Shown here: piece by piece, positions 59,145 to 64,000 of the stretch | Position numbering within the stretch: position 1 is the first letter of the stretch | How the letters are laid out: every line of letters starts with the position of its first letter | NCBI GenBank assembly: GCA_964016885.1 | Contig: OZ024741.1 | Location: 285,572,001 to 285,636,000, forward strand | Length of the DNA stretch: 64,000 nt | Reading direction: 5' to 3' | DNA from: Eledone cirrhosa | Taxonomy: Eukaryota | Notes under the pieces: generated by a model | Told to the model about the DNA's origin: nothing | Databases searched by the model: none | Seen by the model: the letters and a program-made list of their open reading frames with translations, nothing else | Program-made: the position numbers and the translations under genes

Positions 59145-60719
59145 AGACCCAAGAAGCAATAAGATGGTTTAATAGCATTAGCAATAAGAATAAATCTAAG
59201 TTTATCCAGTTTGATATCGACGAATATTACTCATCAATATCACCTGAAACTCTGAATAGAGCCATTAAGTTTGCTAAGGATAACTCTGACCTTACAAACG
59301 ATGAAATTAAGATTGTATTAGAAGCTAGGAAAACTATAGTCAAATTTGAGAACAGTTATTGGGTTCGTAAAGATAGACCCTCTAACTTTGACATAACAAT
59401 GGGCTCTAACGATTCGGCGGAAATAACTAATATTGTGGGTTATTTATCGCCTTTAGACTCCAGGAAAAATTCAGTAATCTCCACGGTGGAATATACCGCG
59501 ACGATGTTCTCCTCCTAGTTAAAAACCTAAATAACCAAAAACTAGAAAAACTACGCAAAGATATAAGAAAACTACTACTCGAAATAGGACTAACTATAAC
59601 ATATGAATACAACCTTAAAGTAGTTAACTTCCTGGATGTCACACTCAATTTAAACTCTGGTCTGATTAATCCGTTTCATAAATCTCTATAATTAAATCTA
59701 TCCCTAAAAATATTTCCCTTAAAATCTCGGGTCTATCTTCTAACATACAAGTATTTAAGGAACACGCCAAGTACTACGATAACGCCCTTAGTAAAGCAGG
59801 CTACCTCAACAAAATAGAGTATATAGATGAGAACAATCAAAACACCCAAAATAAATCCCACATAGGTAGATATAATAACACAACACCAAACTACACTTAC
59901 TACCATAGTATACACACCAGTAAACCAACAAACAAAACTAATAGAAAGCGATGCAAAGAGTACTTATGGTATAACCCTGAATACAATAGTTCCATTAGTA
60001 CAAATTTACCAGTACTCTTCTTTAAAATAATTAAGAGACATTTTCCTATATCACACAAATACCACAAAATCCTAAACCCTACCACTATAAGACTGTCATA
60101 CTCTACATCGTTAAACCTTGAACAACACATACAAAAGATCAATACTAGAAGGTTAAACGAAAACACTGAAAACTTAAGTACAAAGAACACAAAAAAAAAA
60201 CAGTAGACAATACACTACAGAACATAAATAAACCATACCTAAGTTCGTCCGCAATACTACTCCAGAGTAAACCCAACGTACACAACTGTAACTGCACCTA
60301 TCCTGACAACTACCCCCTCGGCAATAACTGCCTGGAAAAAAATATCATTTATAAGTGTACCATTAAATCCGGAGGCAACGAATGGTATTACGTGGGATCA
60401 ACAGCAACATCGTTTAAATCTCGATTATATAGGCATTCTTACTCAATAAAACACCAGAGCCAAAGAAATGTATCAACTTTAGCAGAAAAAGCTTGGACGC
60501 TCAGGGATAGCGATCAAAAGTTTACCCTAAAATGTGGAGAAATTAGCTAAAACCCAAAGCTTTTCCAGGAGCCAAAATTTCTGCAAATTGTGTAATCTTG
60601 AGATTTATTACATAATCACACACAAGAAGAAATTGCTTAATAACAGAATTGAACGAACATTATTCTGCCGTCACCGAACTAAAACCCTTTTTTCCCACTA
60701 CAAGCTGAATATTACATAA
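59145..60719 (+). pseudogene. Penelope-like RT and GIY-YIG endonuclease, frameshifted
   Basis: WF..KFIQFDIDEYYSSI, FDITMGSNDSAEI, GIYRDDVL, VNFLDVTL, WYNP; CNC linker; IIYKC..YVGST..FKSRLYRH; CKLCNLE..LLNNRIE..CRH. Confidence 0.9.
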
Positions 60720-60995
60720 AAGAGGGACCCCCCCCCCCCCCAACTATATAAACCTCAATCTAGTTAGAAAAATATAAAAACAATCTCTTCTTAACATATA
60801 TATGTATATTAATAACCTTAAATTACCACACTAATAATGGATAGATATGCTGATGAGAATAGGTGCGAATATGCTATAATGAATGTGTCTAAAAGCGACC
60901 ATATGTATATATATGTGAAAATGTATATAAATAAGTAAATATATATATATGTTTGATGTGTATAGTTAGATGTATGTGTATTCATGTATTAAAGT

Positions 60996-61050
<55 letters not shown>

Positions 61051-61674
61051 GACAGGAGTATGTATGTATATGTGTGTGTGTGTGTGTGTATGTATATGTG
61101 TGTATATGTGTGTGTATGTGTGTATATATATATATACACATAGACAGGAGTATGTATGTATATGTATGTATATGTGTGTGTCTATACGTGTGTATATAAA
61201 GATAAGTTGAGTATGAAAATGTATACACATTAATGCGTATGTATGTACATATATATATATGTATATATATGTATATATATATATGTGCATGTATATATGT
61301 ATGTAAGTATGAGCATGTAAGTATGTGTATGTGAGTATATGTATTTTGTAGAGGTGTGCATATATGTCTGTGTGTGAATGCGTGGGCGAAAGGATACGTA
61401 CACTTGAAAGAAAAGTTTAAGTCTGAATGTTAATTAAGTGCAAACACAAAACCAACCATGCATATCTATACTATCTCTAATCCTTCTATAGATTTAGAAA
61501 AATAACCAACACCAAACAATATATTCTATAAAAATGTCAAAACAACAGATGGGAATCTAATTACTCACTGCCACCAAAAATTCTCACTGCTATCAAAAAA
61601 CCACTCCCTTAACTATTCTTCTAACAATTCCCTCCTAATATTCTCTATAAAAACCAAACAGGTTCTCAATAAAA

Positions 61675-61795
61675 ATTTTCTGATGAAATGACAGTTGATA
61701 ATAACATTGAAATATCGAATGTCTGCATAACTAATACTTTGTAGATAGCAGCTGTTTTCAGGTTATGTAACTGTTATTGAAACACGTGTCAATAA
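61675..61795 (+). ncRNA. Type I hammerhead in the 3' pseudo-LTR; predicted cleavage after 61790
   Basis: Same fold as 58268-58388 with one stem I mismatch. Confidence 0.82.
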
Positions 61796-61829
61796 ATTCC
61801 TTTTAACTGAACTGGATCCATTTAAATCC

Positions 61830-61859
<30 letters not shown>

Positions 61860-61865
<6 letters not shown>

Positions 61866-61937
61866 ATAATAATAAATTTGAAGACTAAAATCCAAAGAGG
61901 GCTCGATTATTTGCTTAAACTTTAATTTGTTATTTTA

Positions 61938-62018
<81 letters not shown>

Positions 62019-62920
62019 ATTGTATGCATTAATATATCAATGTACGTAAGAAAATGTCTGTTTACACTAACGGAAGTAACTCTAAGTGATTCGTAGTCGC
62101 AGTGTTGGCAGCAGTATGACTCAACCCTATCATTACTACCAACGATATTTTTCCAAGCTGATGAAAGTATTCAAATATACGATTGAAAGGTGGGGCATGG
62201 GAAAGGAGTTCCAGGTAGACCAATTTTCTTTCCCTCTTCTCTTTTTCTCTCATGAAAAATCATGATTCATAATTCTAACATAAATAAACGTATGAGAATT
62301 TTCATGAAAGTTCGTTATTAAAAAGAAAAGAAGAAAAATACGAATTTTCATGAAGGTGTTAGCAAACCTTTTTTTCATGAAAAGAAACACCTCGAAATTT
62401 ATTTAAGTTATCAGACTTTTCCAAAACGTTTTCTTTTGTTCCAATATACATCTAAAATTTTCAGGAATGCATTTTCCGTTCCAAAAGAGTTTAAAGTCCA
62501 CTTAAAAATATAAAAGCACAATACTTTAAACACAAAGTATCAGTTGAAGTTTAGCTACATTGCGTTAGCTTTCATGAAGTCGTTTTACATCAGTCATAGA
62601 GAGTTAAGCAAAGTGAGGTGATATTAACTACAAAACAAATCCAATTTATCAGAAAAAGACACATAGCTATTTAGTGAGGTGATAATAATAAGCACAATAA
62701 CATATTGCGCTCCAACGATCTTAGCCTTCCATCTACAATGATATCTTAAATGAAATAAGTTTCGAAACCAGTAATATTTCACAAAATTTAAATCAATCTA
62801 CTATAACGATTATAAAACATATTCATTCTGTAGGATTAAAAAATCTTTAAATATACCCAAGTATTTTTTCACTTTGACTTCTTATAATTTCCGATTTGTG
62901 TGGAATGTATGTTACTCCCT

Positions 62921-63004
<84 letters not shown>

Positions 63005-63163
63005 TAAAATAACAGATTAAAGTTTAAGCAAAGAATCGCTGCCTTCACCCTTAACGGGATCTTCTGAAACTAACAAATATTTGCTCTACGGTTCTTATAT
63101 ATTTGATATATATTTTTCCTTATCGAGCGCTCTTTGGATTTTAGTCTTCAAATTTATTATTAT

Positions 63164-63170
<7 letters not shown>
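61860..63170. repeat. Short inverted fragments (61860-61942 vs 63000-63170) in (TA)n tracts
   Basis: aaatttgaagactaaaatccaaagag and ttgcttaaactttaat.tgttattttaataaa recur as reverse complements. Confidence 0.7.
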
Positions 63171-63222
<52 letters not shown>

Positions 63223-64000
63223 AATAGAACACCTCCACTAGAATGTGATAACCCACTTATGGTAGAGAAACGTATGAATCCGGAGAATGTGGAATCAAAC
63301 TTAGATTAAAAGCTAACGGAACTCTCGACTATTTTAATGCGCTGTGTATGTTGCTGTGATCAATCATTAACTGTTTTGGTGACTCCGTTTAAATGTTTTA
63401 CTTATAGCTAAATTCCATTGTTAATAAGAAAATATGACCGGCTGACCATACCCTTCGGATAGAAGCTTTGTCATATACATACCCAGGGATCTCTCACTCA
63501 ACAAATCTTCTATATACACAGTACTTTGGAACTAATATCGAGTTATTGCCCAGGTAGTACCTTCTATGATTGTGACACAAGAATTATTATCAAAAGCACT
63601 ACTCTTTACAGTAATCGAAATAAATTTAATAGTGAAGTTGGGTGTATAAGAAACAATATTTATTTGACGATGTTCAAAGGTACATTACTCAATTTCTTTA
63701 CGTGTCTATTGAATGATGCATATACATTTACATTAGCTATGTATGTGTGTACTTATGTATAGATGTATGTGTCGAGGAAAACAGGAGGGAGGGAGGGGGA
63801 TAGGGACAGATTGAGTTAGAATGAGATTAATGCGAATTAATAGTCTGGAAAGAAATAGTTTAAATTTAGAAAAGAAACATCAGAGGAAGTTTCTATAGGA
63901 ATATATTAATCACATAATGTGTGCAGAATAACGTAATTATATAATAATATATTGGTTTCTTATAGTAATTATATATAATAATATATTGTTAATAAATTAT

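Larger units (their letters stand above)
58228..61835 (+). mobile_element. Second Hydra-clade-like Penelope element, 5'-truncated, with ~950-bp inverted pseudo-LTRs
   Basis: 58228-59144 is the reverse complement of 60869-61835; ends in (TA)n. Confidence 0.92.

Noticed and set aside
60845-60885. Extra CTGATGA upstream of the 3' pseudo-LTR
   Set aside because: No GAAA box or consistent stems follow

Overview
Eukaryotic, AT-rich, repeat-dense DNA, probably octopus/cephalopod (inferred from an octopus-type tRNA-derived SINE and huge (TA)n/(CA)n tracts). I can support no host gene; most long ORFs in the track are microsatellite translations. Recognisable content: stacked Tx1-clade LINEs in (TATC)n, two Penelope-like elements (RT + GIY-YIG, Hydra-clade-like) with inverted pseudo-LTRs, an older Penelope-like relic, R4/Dong and CRE-type LINE remnants, SINEs and a small Helitron. 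The standout is non-coding: about 25 type I hammerhead ribozyme cores (intact or decayed) from at least 8 sequence families, nearly all in (TA)n tracts. They include an 8-copy, near-identical 472-bp tandem array (16996-20829) with one intact minimal hammerhead per unit, a 5' inversion and a family-wide fixed 3' end. This fits a retrozyme (self-cleaving, probably circular RNA) copied by rolling-circle reverse transcription, plausibly by Penelope-like enzymes. All structures were paired by eye and none has been tested.
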